Shown piece by piece: positions 10,173 through 18,684 of a DNA stretch of 64,000 nt. The notes beneath the pieces were generated by a model. The model ran no database searches. It saw only the letters and a program-made list of their open reading frames with translations, and was not told where the DNA came from. The stretch's first letter is position 1. The number at the start of each line of letters is the position of its first letter. The stretch spans positions 1,592-65,591 of the forward strand of contig VBAI01000011.1 of NCBI GenBank assembly GCA_005882295.1, in the 5' to 3' direction. Made by a program: the position numbers and the translations under genes. This DNA comes from Candidatus Segetimicrobium genomatis. GTDB lineage: Bacteria > Sysuimicrobiota > Sysuimicrobiia > Sysuimicrobiales > Kaftiobacteriaceae.

Positions 10173-11151
10173 TCTCCAGTAGACTCATTAACTCTCCTTC
10201 ATCTCCATATCGGATGACGCGTAATCCGGGATTACCTTCAATCATCGCCGACAGTGCCACATCGGTCCGGCACAGACAGATGATGGACTTGCCGAGGTGC
10301 TGCGCGGTGGCGACTTCCACCCCCACACCCAGCGAGGGGATCGAGACCTCGGCGATCACCAGATCACACTCCAGGAGCCAGCGAATGTCACGCTCATAGA
10401 TCTGCGCGGCGTCGCCCCCTTCGCGCTGTTCCTCGGCAATGACATCCCGCGCGGCGACGTGGCTGGTCAGCACGTCATAGCCGCGCTGGGCGAGGAAGTC
10501 GACAATGCTCGCATACAGCGGCTGTAGGGATCTGCCGCCATGGATGGATCCGCAGAAGTACACCTTGCGCGCCGCGGGCCGCAGGTGTGCCGCCACGAGC
10601 GCAGCCACCGGCTCAGGGATCACCGCTTCCGCGGGCACGCCCAACGCGCCGAGTTTGCGGAGGATGGCCCCGGCCGCGGTGGCTGGATTCTGGCCCTCCA
10701 CTTCCAGCTCGCACATCCAGCCGATCCCGTCCACTTGCTCTGCGACCAGCTCGCCGACATCGGGGATGTCGTAGAAGAGGCCGGCTTTCTTGCGCACGAC
10801 TAACCAGGGGTCGTAGCCGAGCCCGGCGGCGAGGGTACGGCACTCGTCAGCGGAGCCGGCATAGAGGCGGACTTTCCCTTCGGGAAACCGTGACCGCTTG
10901 AACGAGAGTCCGTTGACCTGCACCACATCGGTCCAGGTCAGGAGCACTTCGCTGGGCTGCGCCGGGCGGTGGTGTTCGCGGACGCGCAGGGCCCGCGTGC
11001 GCGGGTCCCACGCGCCGCCGGGTGGCCGGTAGTAGTGATCGGTGAACGCGTACTCGAAGCGGACCCGGCCACCGAGTGTGGCGATGCGCCGGCGGAACGC
11101 CTCGACGTCGTCGATGAGGAAGCGGACTTCGCACTCGAAGGGAGCCGTCAT
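10123..11151 (-). CDS. CYTH (CyaB/ThTPase-like triphosphate tunnel) domain fused to a DNPH1/Rcl-like nucleoside 2-deoxyribosyltransferase-fold domain
   Basis: N-terminal MTAPFECEVRFLIDD...GGRVRFEYAFTDHYYRPPG matches the CyaB-like ExExK opening. The C-terminal YFCGSIHGGRS...DIRWLLECDLVIAEVSIPSLGVGVEVA...SAMIEGN closely parallels DNPH1 (YFCGSIRGGR...PSLGVGYELG...SAMIRGA). The ORF track starts at a TTG (11208) inside repeat F; ATG at 11151 is preferred. Confidence 0.7.
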   Translation of the reverse strand: MTAPFECEVRFLIDDVEAFRRRIATLGGRVRFEYAFTDHYYRPPGGAWDPRTRALRVREHHRPAQPSEVLLTWTDVVQVNGLSFKRSRFPEGKVRLYAGSADECRTLAAGLGYDPWLVVRKKAGLFYDIPDVGELVAEQVDGIGWMCELEVEGQNPATAAGAILRKLGALGVPAEAVIPEPVAALVAAHLRPAARKVYFCGSIHGGRSLQPLYASIVDFLAQRGYDVLTSHVAARDVIAEEQREGGDAAQIYERDIRWLLECDLVIAEVSIPSLGVGVEVATAQHLGKSIICLCRTDVALSAMIEGNPGLRVIRYGDEGELMSLLERRLGMPSRNQSQVPSP

Positions 11152-11164
11152 CTTCCACTCAAGT

Positions 11165-11262
11165 GGAGAGCGTCTCGGGAACGCGGGAACGGGGGAACGC
11201 GGGAACAACTGCTCACGTTGTCCGCTCGCGTTCCCGTGTTCCCGCGATCCCGCGTTCCCGTC
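11165..11262. repeat. Hairpin element family F (GGGAACGCGGGAACGGGGGAACGCGGGAAC ... GTTCCCGTGTTCCCGCGATCCCGCGTTCCCG)
   Basis: Tandem GGGAACG units with an inverted CGTTCCC arm. Sits between the acyl-CoA dehydrogenase stop and the CYTH-DNPH1 start. Confidence 0.8.
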
Positions 11263-11264
11263 AT

Positions 11265-12470
11265 CTAGTGTTCAAAGGGCCACTTGGGCAGCGTCACGCG
11301 CGTGGGCTTATCCTCGCGCAATCCCAGAGCGTAATCGGCCTGCAGCAGTGTGTGGATCTCGCGGGTGCCCTCGTAGATGACCGCGCCCTTGGCGTTGCGG
11401 TAGAAGCGCTCCACGGGATATTCGTCGGAGTAGCCGTACGCCCCGTGGACCTCCACCGCGTCGCCCGCGGCCTGCTCCGACGCCACCGTGGCGTACCACT
11501 TCGCCAGCGACGTCTCGCGCGTGTTCCGCCGCCCCTCGTTCTTCATCCATCCGGCCCGCAGATACAGCATGCGGCTGAGCTCGTAATCCCGCGACATGCG
11601 GGCAATCATCTCTTTGACGAGCTGATGCTCCCCGATCGGACGGCCAAACGTCCGGCGCTCCCGCGCATAGCGGGCGCTGCTGTCCAGGCAGGCGCGGATC
11701 AGCCCGGTTGCCCCTGACGCCACTGTGTACCGGCCCTGATCCAGCGCGAACATCGCGATGTGAAATCCCTCACCCTCCTGACCGAGGCGGTGATCGTCGG
11801 GCACCCGCACGTCCTCCATCACGATGGATCCGGTGTTGCCGGCCCGGATGCCCAGCTTGCCGTGAATGGTCGACGTGGTGATTCCCTTCATCTCGCGGGT
11901 GACCATGAACGCCGACAGGCCGCCGTGGTCTCGCTGCTTCTGCTTGGCCGCGTCGGTCCAGGCGAACACCAGGAAATGATCGGCGATGTCGGCCAGCGAC
12001 ATCCACGTCTTTTCCCCGTTGAGCACATAGTGCCGGCCGTCCCGCACCGCGGTGGCCTGGAGGCCGACGGCATCGCTGCCGGCCGCCGGCTCCGTCAACC
12101 CGTAGGCCGCGACCTTTTCGCCCCGGGCCTGGGGGACGAGAAACCGCCGCCGCTGCTCCTCCGTTCCCCAGGAGAGCACACTGAGACTGTTCAGTCCCAG
12201 GTGCACCGACATGATGACCCGCAGGGAGGTATCGACGTACTCCAGCTCTTCGCAGGCCAGCCCCAGGCTGATGTAATCCATCCCCGCGCCGCCATATTGC
12301 TCCGGGATACACAAGCCGAGGATGCCCAGCTTTCCCATCTTCCCCAGAATGGACCGGTCAAATTCCTGCGCCCGGTCGAGTCCCCGGATGCGGGGGGCGA
12401 CCTCGGTCTGCGCAAACTCACGCACCAACCGCTGGGCCGCGACGTGATGATCGGCCAGATCAAAATTCAT
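11265..12470 (-). CDS. Acyl-CoA dehydrogenase
   Basis: 401 aa with a canonical acyl-CoA dehydrogenase N-terminus (EQYGGAGMDYISLGLACEELE) and the YEGT(R)EI C-terminal motif. Confidence 0.9.
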   Translation of the reverse strand: MNFDLADHHVAAQRLVREFAQTEVAPRIRGLDRAQEFDRSILGKMGKLGILGLCIPEQYGGAGMDYISLGLACEELEYVDTSLRVIMSVHLGLNSLSVLSWGTEEQRRRFLVPQARGEKVAAYGLTEPAAGSDAVGLQATAVRDGRHYVLNGEKTWMSLADIADHFLVFAWTDAAKQKQRDHGGLSAFMVTREMKGITTSTIHGKLGIRAGNTGSIVMEDVRVPDDHRLGQEGEGFHIAMFALDQGRYTVASGATGLIRACLDSSARYARERRTFGRPIGEHQLVKEMIARMSRDYELSRMLYLRAGWMKNEGRRNTRETSLAKWYATVASEQAAGDAVEVHGAYGYSDEYPVERFYRNAKGAVIYEGTREIHTLLQADYALGLREDKPTRVTLPKWPFEH

Positions 12471-12487
12471 GACCCCATCCCTCTCGC

Positions 12488-13657
12488 CTACGCCAGCGCC
12501 TTCTGCCCGAGCAGGGCATAGAACTTGGCGGCAGTCATGAGCTCGTCCAGATCGACCGATTCGTCCGCCGCGTGCGCGACCTCAGGGTCGCCGGGACCGA
12601 AGAGAATCGTCGGCACGCCGCGCTCGGCAAAGAAGCGGCCGTCGCTGGATTGCTCGTAGCCGACCGGCTCGGGGGTCAGGTCCAGCGCCCGGGCCACATC
12701 CTGGGCCGCGCGCACCAGCGGCGCATCCGGGGAGGTCTCAATCGGCGGACCACACTGGATCACTTCCAGATCAACCTGAAGCTGCGGGTCCTCCGCCCGC
12801 AGATCGCTCACAACACCCTCGATCTCCGCCACCGCTGCCTGGACGTTCTCGTTGGGCAGCGTGCGGCGATCGATGGTCGCCTCGCACCAGTCCGGGACGA
12901 TATTGGTGGCCACCCCGCCACGAATGGTCCCAATATTGAGCGACGGAGGCGGAACCAGCGGATGCGAGAGAGAGCGCAGCCGCCCGGCGACGCGGTCCTC
13001 CACCGCCTGCAGGACCCGCAGCATGGCGCTGATCGCGTTGGCGCCCTCCCACGGCGTGCTGCCGTGCGCCGCCCGACCGTGTGTGATGACGCGCATCCAC
13101 ACGATGCCTTTCTCGGCGACCGCCAGGCGGTTGTGGGTGATCTCGCCGACGACGACGTGATCGGGGTGGACCAGCCCACGGTCGACCAGAAACTCAGTAC
13201 CGTTGATGCCGCCCACTTCTTCGTCGCTGACGGCCGTAAACACCAGCGTACCGTGCAGCGGCAGCACCTCGACCAGGGCACCAACCGCGGCGAGCATCGC
13301 CACCAGCGAGGCCTTGGCGTCGGCGGCGCCCCGGCCGAACATGCGCGCCCCCACAATCTCAGCGGCGAACGGGTCGTGGCGCCATGAACGGCGATCCCCA
13401 GCGGGCGCGGTGTCCATGTGCGAGGTGAAGAGCAACTCGGGGCGTCCCTGGCCGATGCGGGCGATGATGTTGGGCTTGCGCGGTTCGTCGGCGAGGACCT
13501 GGAAATCAACCGCGGCCTCACGCAGCCGCGCCGCGATTAGATCCGCCACCGCTCGCGTGTCCCCCGGCGGGTTGGGACTGGGCGTCCGGACCAGGTTCGC
13601 CAGCAGTCCTACCAGGGAGGCACGCTGGCGTTCAATCTGAGCGGCAACGGTGTCCAT
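12488..13657 (-). CDS. M20-family metallopeptidase (ArgE/DapE-like deacylase)
   Basis: HMDTAPAGD, GRGAADAKASLVAM, and EE(V)GG metal-binding motifs. Confidence 0.8.
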   Translation of the reverse strand: MDTVAAQIERQRASLVGLLANLVRTPSPNPPGDTRAVADLIAARLREAAVDFQVLADEPRKPNIIARIGQGRPELLFTSHMDTAPAGDRRSWRHDPFAAEIVGARMFGRGAADAKASLVAMLAAVGALVEVLPLHGTLVFTAVSDEEVGGINGTEFLVDRGLVHPDHVVVGEITHNRLAVAEKGIVWMRVITHGRAAHGSTPWEGANAISAMLRVLQAVEDRVAGRLRSLSHPLVPPPSLNIGTIRGGVATNIVPDWCEATIDRRTLPNENVQAAVAEIEGVVSDLRAEDPQLQVDLEVIQCGPPIETSPDAPLVRAAQDVARALDLTPEPVGYEQSSDGRFFAERGVPTILFGPGDPEVAHAADESVDLDELMTAAKFYALLGQKALA

Positions 13658-13695
13658 GGAAGAGGAAAGTTCATCCTTCCTTCTACCGTGGCGCG

Positions 13696-15060
13696 TTAGC
13701 GGACTGGCTCTGCCACGGCCTGGCGCGCCAGGCGCACTGCCGTGGTCAGTTGACGGTCCTGTCCGGCCTCGAGATCCTCAACGGTCATCGCCGTCGTCAC
13801 ATCGGGCTCCACGCCGGCACCTTCCAACCGCACGCCATGACCCGTGGCCAGCCGGAAGGTGGTGACGCTGAGCGCCGAGCCGTCCGACAGATCAATCATC
13901 ACGCTGGCCTCTACCGCCCCCGAGGTCTTGGCGCCGACCAGCACTCCGCGGTGATTTTCTTGAATCGCCGCGGCCAGCAACTCTGCGGCCGAGGCGCTAC
14001 CCTCGTCCACCATCAGGACCACAGGGATCGACGGCTGCAGCAGAGGGGGCCGCGTGGTCCGGACCACCTCCACCTGCCCGCCCTGCAGCATCTCGGTGTA
14101 GACGGGGACGCCGAACGGCAGCAGGGCGTTAAGCACGTTGTCGAGCTCATGCAGGTAGCCTCCGCTGTTCCCGCGGAGGTCCAGCACCAGCACCCGCATG
14201 CCCCCAGCCAGCAACCGGGTCAGGGCGCTGCGCACGTCGCGGCCGGTGCCTTCAACGAACTGGTACAGCCGGACGTAGCCCACGCCGCCGTCCAACAGAT
14301 CGGTTCGGAAGATGGAGGGCACGAGGATCGGGGCCCGGGTCATCGAGACCACCAGCGGATCGGCCATGCCTGGGCGCTGGAAGGTCACCGTCACCGGTGT
14401 CCCCGCCGGACCGCGGATCATCCCCGCGACCTGATCCACGGTCAACCCGCCGGTGGACACGTCGTTGACCTTCATGATGCGATCAAACTCATGGACCCCC
14501 GCAGCCTCCGCGGGGCCACCGGGGATCACCGTCCACACATAGAACCGGTTATCTTTCGGCAGGAGCACGATGCCGACGCCGGTAAACCCCGCCTGGCCGC
14601 GCTGACGCTGCCGCCGTTCGGCGTTCTGCTCGGGGTTGAGGAAACCGGTATGTGAATCGTGAAACGAGTCGGTCATGCTGCGGATGGCGGCATAGGCCAA
14701 CTGTGTCTTGGTGAGCTGGCCCACCGCGGCCGAAGCCGCAGTGGCAAATCGCTCGAGGAATACCTGCCTCGCGTCGGACTCCGTCAGAAATGAGGACGGG
14801 ATGTCCGGCAGATCAGCGGCGATACCGGCCGCCGACAGTTGCTCCCGTAGGCCGGCCACCGCGGCGTTGAGCACCTTCGTGGCGTTTACGGGATCGACGT
14901 AGTGGGTCTGCAGGACCTGCAGGGCTTCAAAGACCAGCGACTGGTCTGCGGCCTGCGCGGGCGCGACCAGCGGAGCGGCGGCCAGTGGAGCCGCGGCCAG
15001 CGCCACCAGCAGGGCGGCCGTGAGGATCACGTGCCAGGACGGTCGAACGGTGGATCGCAT
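13696..15060 (-). CDS. S41 C-terminal processing peptidase with signal peptide and PDZ domain
   Basis: N-terminal signal sequence, LRGNSGGYL motif, and S41 catalytic region VLVLDLRGNSGG...VLMVDEGSASAAE. Confidence 0.85.
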   Translation of the reverse strand: MRSTVRPSWHVILTAALLVALAAAPLAAAPLVAPAQAADQSLVFEALQVLQTHYVDPVNATKVLNAAVAGLREQLSAAGIAADLPDIPSSFLTESDARQVFLERFATAASAAVGQLTKTQLAYAAIRSMTDSFHDSHTGFLNPEQNAERRQRQRGQAGFTGVGIVLLPKDNRFYVWTVIPGGPAEAAGVHEFDRIMKVNDVSTGGLTVDQVAGMIRGPAGTPVTVTFQRPGMADPLVVSMTRAPILVPSIFRTDLLDGGVGYVRLYQFVEGTGRDVRSALTRLLAGGMRVLVLDLRGNSGGYLHELDNVLNALLPFGVPVYTEMLQGGQVEVVRTTRPPLLQPSIPVVLMVDEGSASAAELLAAAIQENHRGVLVGAKTSGAVEASVMIDLSDGSALSVTTFRLATGHGVRLEGAGVEPDVTTAMTVEDLEAGQDRQLTTAVRLARQAVAEPVR

Positions 15061-15078
15061 GTCACGCTCCCGGGTCGA

Positions 15079-15804
15079 TCAGATGGCCGGCCGGAATGGA
15101 AACAGCCGGAGGATCAATGTATTCAATCGGAAGATCAGGTCGAACATTAACGCCGTGCCCATGGCGACGAGAAATGCCCCGCTGGCTGTTTCGATCAGGC
15201 GGCCGTGCCGGCGCACCCATCCCAGCGCATCGATCGTTCCGGTCAAGAGCACTGCGGTGATCACAAACGGCACGCCCAACCCCAACGAATATCCCAGTAG
15301 CAGGATAGCGCCGCCGGCGGCGCGCGTCGAGGTCGCGGCCAACGTCAGAATGGCCGCCAGTACCGGACCGATGCAGGGCGTCCACGCAAACCCAAATGCC
15401 ATACCCACCGGAAGCACGCCCAATAGTGCACGTGGCCGGGGCACCCGGACGCGCCGCTCGCGGGACAGTCCCGGGATCCTCACCATCCCCCAGAGCGACA
15501 GCCCCAGCACGATGATGGCCGCGCCACCGATCCGGCTTAACCATACGCGATTTTGCAGCACAACATTCCCTAGTACCGTCGCCGACGCGCCCAGCGCCGT
15601 AAAGACGCTGGCGAACCCAATGACGAAGACCACGGTCCCCAGCACCACCTGAACCCGATGCTGCCGGCGGTCGGCGGGGGACAGCTCGGCCAGTGACAAC
15701 CCCGACACGAACGACAGGTAGCCTGGAATCAGAGGAACGATACAGGGAGACAAGAATCCCAGCACCCCGGCGGCAAAAGCCAGCAGCAGGTTCACGTCAG
15801 GCAT
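15079..15804 (-). CDS. ccdA: Cytochrome c-type biogenesis / thiol:disulfide transfer membrane protein CcdA (DsbD family)
   Basis: FLSPCIVPLIPGYLSF and WTPCIGP cysteine motifs. 6 TM segments. Confidence 0.85.
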   Translation of the reverse strand: MPDVNLLLAFAAGVLGFLSPCIVPLIPGYLSFVSGLSLAELSPADRRQHRVQVVLGTVVFVIGFASVFTALGASATVLGNVVLQNRVWLSRIGGAAIIVLGLSLWGMVRIPGLSRERRVRVPRPRALLGVLPVGMAFGFAWTPCIGPVLAAILTLAATSTRAAGGAILLLGYSLGLGVPFVITAVLLTGTIDALGWVRRHGRLIETASGAFLVAMGTALMFDLIFRLNTLILRLFPFRPAI

Positions 15805-16669
15805 CTGCCAACCCGTCCTCTGTTCCTATTCCCCTACGTCCTTTGCTTTGCTCCTTCTTCATCAACGCCGATGGGCGAGCAGTTGTTCGCGCCACTTCGA
15901 TCCTCACCTTCGCTCCCAGACTCATAGCCAAACGTGCGGCCGCGCTGCCTTCCCGCACGGCGATTTCGAGCAGCCCGTCGCTTCCGGGGACGACGGCGAT
16001 GCCGCCACGCGCCACGTTCCCATAAGTGTGGGCGGCCGTGGCGCGGATGCGCCGCCGCCCGATTGTGAGCTGGATCGGCGAGCCGTCGCCCGGGAACTCC
16101 GCGGCGGGAATGTTCGTGATCAAGTTCCCGAATGCGTCCACATAGAGGACCTCGCCATGGAGGACATCGCCGGCCCGGTGGCCAGCCTCCAGTGTCAGGT
16201 CGACAGCGTCCTCGACGGCACCCCCCAGCGCCTGCGCGGGCGTACCCAGAACTAGCTGCGCGGCAACCGGGGCGAAGAGATCTCGGCCGTGGAACGTGGA
16301 CGAGGCCACGCCGTGCAGGATCTCCGGCGCCTGAATCACATACGCGTGCGGCCGGCCCACCCGCTTCGCTGCCGGCAGCAGCAGTCCGTTGTCCGGCCCG
16401 ACGAAGCATTGCCCGCCGGAGGCGACGATCAGCGGCCGCCGTGTGGTGCCTACCCCGGGGTCCACCACCGCCAGGTGCACCGTGCCCGCCGGAGTCGTGC
16501 GCGCCACGGCCGACAACACGTACGCGCCGGCTCGGATGTCATGGCGCGGAATGTCGTGAGTAATGTCGATGAGGACCGCGTCGCACGAGGATGCCAGCAC
16601 GGCCTTCATCTGGGCGGGATACGGACTCTCACTGCCAAAGTCGCTTAACAACGTCACAATGACGGGCAT
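15797..16669 (-). CDS. S-adenosyl-L-methionine hydroxide adenosyltransferase (DUF62 / fluorinase-like family)
   Basis: N-terminus IVTLLSDFG and VVDPGVG motif typical of this family. 290 aa. Confidence 0.8.
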   Translation of the reverse strand: MPVIVTLLSDFGSESPYPAQMKAVLASSCDAVLIDITHDIPRHDIRAGAYVLSAVARTTPAGTVHLAVVDPGVGTTRRPLIVASGGQCFVGPDNGLLLPAAKRVGRPHAYVIQAPEILHGVASSTFHGRDLFAPVAAQLVLGTPAQALGGAVEDAVDLTLEAGHRAGDVLHGEVLYVDAFGNLITNIPAAEFPGDGSPIQLTIGRRRIRATAAHTYGNVARGGIAVVPGSDGLLEIAVREGSAAARLAMSLGAKVRIEVARTTARPSALMKKEQSKGRRGIGTEDGLADA

Positions 16670-16685
16670 GAGATTATCTGCCGCT

Positions 16686-16792
16686 TAGTCTACCCAGTCT
16701 TCCCTGTCTTCCCAGTCTACCCGGTCTCAGTGCGTTTCGTCTGTGCAGTTGACTGGGAAGACTGTGTAGACCGGGTAGACCGGGTAGACCGT
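16686..16792. repeat. Hairpin element family C
   Basis: gtctacccagtcttccctgtcttcccagtctacccggtc ... gactgggaagactgtgtagaccgggtagaccgggtagacc. Confidence 0.8.
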
Positions 16793-16794
16793 TT

Positions 16795-17601
16795 CTAGTG
16801 TTGACAAGCCGGGCAATAGAACGACGGCCTCCCACCCAGGCGCGCTTCTTTGATCGTGCCATCGCCGCGCGGGCAGCGCTGTCCGGCTCGACCATAGACC
16901 GCCAACCGCCAGCGGCCCATCCGGCCTGCGGCGTCCACAAACTCCGGCTCCCCGCCCGCCGCGATCGCCCGCCGCAGCACGCTACGGATCGACCGGTGGA
17001 GGACCCGTGTTTCCGCAGGCGTGAGCGATGACGCCGGACGGTCGGGGCGGATGCGGGCGGCGTGCAGGATCTCATGCGCCCACAGGTTCCCGATGCCGGC
17101 AATTCGTTCCTGGTCCGTCAGCAGTGCCCGGATGCTTCCGCGGCCCGCCAGCATCTGACGAAATCGCGCGGGCGTGAAGGTGGGAGAAAGAGGGTCTACA
17201 CCGAGTGAGGCCAGATACGCGACGCGATCCAGCTGAGGCGTCCGGTGCAATCCCAGCTCCGAGAGCTGCAGCTCGCGGAAGTGCAGGCTGCTGCCGTCGG
17301 AAAAAGCGATCACTACCGCAGTCTGCGCGTCCGGGGGGACCGCGGGGCGAACGAAGCGCAGCGTGCCCCACAGCTTGAAGTGAAAGATCAGTGTCCAGCC
17401 GCCGCTGAGCTGAAACAGCAGGGTCTTCCCGCGGCGGCTGACCCGTTCGATGCGCTTCCCAGCCAGCGCATCGGCAAATGCCTGCGGGCGGTGGGTGCGG
17501 ACGGCGGATGGGGACCGCACCTCTACCGACGCGATGACTTTGCCGCGGATCACGCGCTGCAGGCTTCGCTTGGCGGATTCGACTTCGGGAAGCTCAGGCA
17601 T
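16795..17601 (-). CDS. Formamidopyrimidine-DNA glycosylase / endonuclease VIII family (Fpg/Nei) paralog 1
   Basis: MPELPEVE N-terminus (catalytic Pro2/Glu3), H2TH region, C-terminal zinc finger CPRGDG...YCPACQ. Confidence 0.85.
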   Translation of the reverse strand: MPELPEVESAKRSLQRVIRGKVIASVEVRSPSAVRTHRPQAFADALAGKRIERVSRRGKTLLFQLSGGWTLIFHFKLWGTLRFVRPAVPPDAQTAVVIAFSDGSSLHFRELQLSELGLHRTPQLDRVAYLASLGVDPLSPTFTPARFRQMLAGRGSIRALLTDQERIAGIGNLWAHEILHAARIRPDRPASSLTPAETRVLHRSIRSVLRRAIAAGGEPEFVDAAGRMGRWRLAVYGRAGQRCPRGDGTIKEARLGGRPSFYCPACQH

Positions 17602-17604
17602 CCG

Positions 17605-17716
17605 AATCTACACAAACTACACAACCTACACAATTACCTACGTCGACTAACCACCGGCCATTATCGCGCTGCTTGTGATTGTGTAGATTGTGTAGGTCGT
17701 GTAGGTTGTGTAGGTT
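17605..17716. repeat. Hairpin element family B
   Basis: tctacacaaactacacaacctacacaattacct ... gtgattgtgtagattgtgtaggtcgtgtaggttgtgtagg. Confidence 0.8.
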
Positions 17717-18597
17717 CATTTCAGCAATCTCGACATCCGTCTATCAGCGTAAATCTTGCCGCCGGTCTGACACGCCGGGCAATAGTAGGTTTCCTTATCG
17801 GCAAAGTAGACTGTTTCGATGCGTGTGCGGCAGCGCGGGCACGGCTCGCCCCCGTGCCGGTGCACGCGGAGCAACTCAACCGGCTCGCGCGTTGGCAGCT
17901 GCGTTCCAAAACGGGTCCGGTGCTTCTGCAGCGCGGCAGCAAATACGCTCCGGATGGCGGCGTACAGCCTGGCCACCTCGTCGCTGGAGAGACGCGCGGC
18001 CGGCGCAAACGGCGACAGCTTAGCTTCCCACAGGATCTCATCCGCGAAAGCGTTCCCGATGCCCACGACATGGCGCTGCTGGGTGATCGCGCGTTTCAGC
18101 TGTCCCGGTTCCGCCTGGACGGCGCGGGCCAGCACATCGGCGGTGAACTGCTCACTGAGCGGATCCGGCCCTAACCCCGCCAGGGGCTCGCTCGACGCAG
18201 CATCCTGCGCGCGCAGCACATAGACCCCTGCCCGCTTTTTGGGCCCGGCTTCGTTCACGCGCAGTTCATCTCCCCCTTCGAGGAACAACCCGAACGCCAT
18301 CGGCTTGGGCGCCGGCGAGGCGCGGCCCTTGCGCGCTGCACTTCCGGCCCGCGCGATCTGCAGGCGGCCGTCGCGCATGAGGTGCATGACAAGGAGCAGA
18401 TCGTCTGAGAGATCGGACACGATGAGCTTACCGATCCGCCGGACGCGCTCGATGCGACGGCCGGCCAGCGCGCTGACCGGTGGGTCAAACGTTTTCACGA
18501 TGGCCGGACTGGGCACGCGCACCGACACAATCGTGTGACCCTCAATCTCGCGGGCGAGATTCTCTACCAGCACCTGGATGAATGGGAGCTCAGGCAT
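17716..18597 (-). CDS. Fpg/Nei family DNA glycosylase paralog 2
   Basis: MPELPF N-terminus and C-terminal zinc finger CPRCRTRIE...YYCPACQ. The ORF-track start at 18696 runs through repeat C and is rejected. Confidence 0.8.
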   Translation of the reverse strand: MPELPFIQVLVENLAREIEGHTIVSVRVPSPAIVKTFDPPVSALAGRRIERVRRIGKLIVSDLSDDLLLVMHLMRDGRLQIARAGSAARKGRASPAPKPMAFGLFLEGGDELRVNEAGPKKRAGVYVLRAQDAASSEPLAGLGPDPLSEQFTADVLARAVQAEPGQLKRAITQQRHVVGIGNAFADEILWEAKLSPFAPAARLSSDEVARLYAAIRSVFAAALQKHRTRFGTQLPTREPVELLRVHRHGGEPCPRCRTRIETVYFADKETYYCPACQTGGKIYADRRMSRLLK

Positions 18598-18606
18598 CGC
18601 CACCTC

Positions 18607-18684
18607 AAGTCTACACAGTCTTCCCAGTCCCCCCAGTCTTCCCAGTCTACTTCGCGGACGAAACGTACTGAGACTGGGTAGACT
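18607..18684. repeat. Hairpin element family C
   Basis: gtctacacagtcttcccagtccccccagtcttcccagtctac ... gagactgggtagac. Confidence 0.8.
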
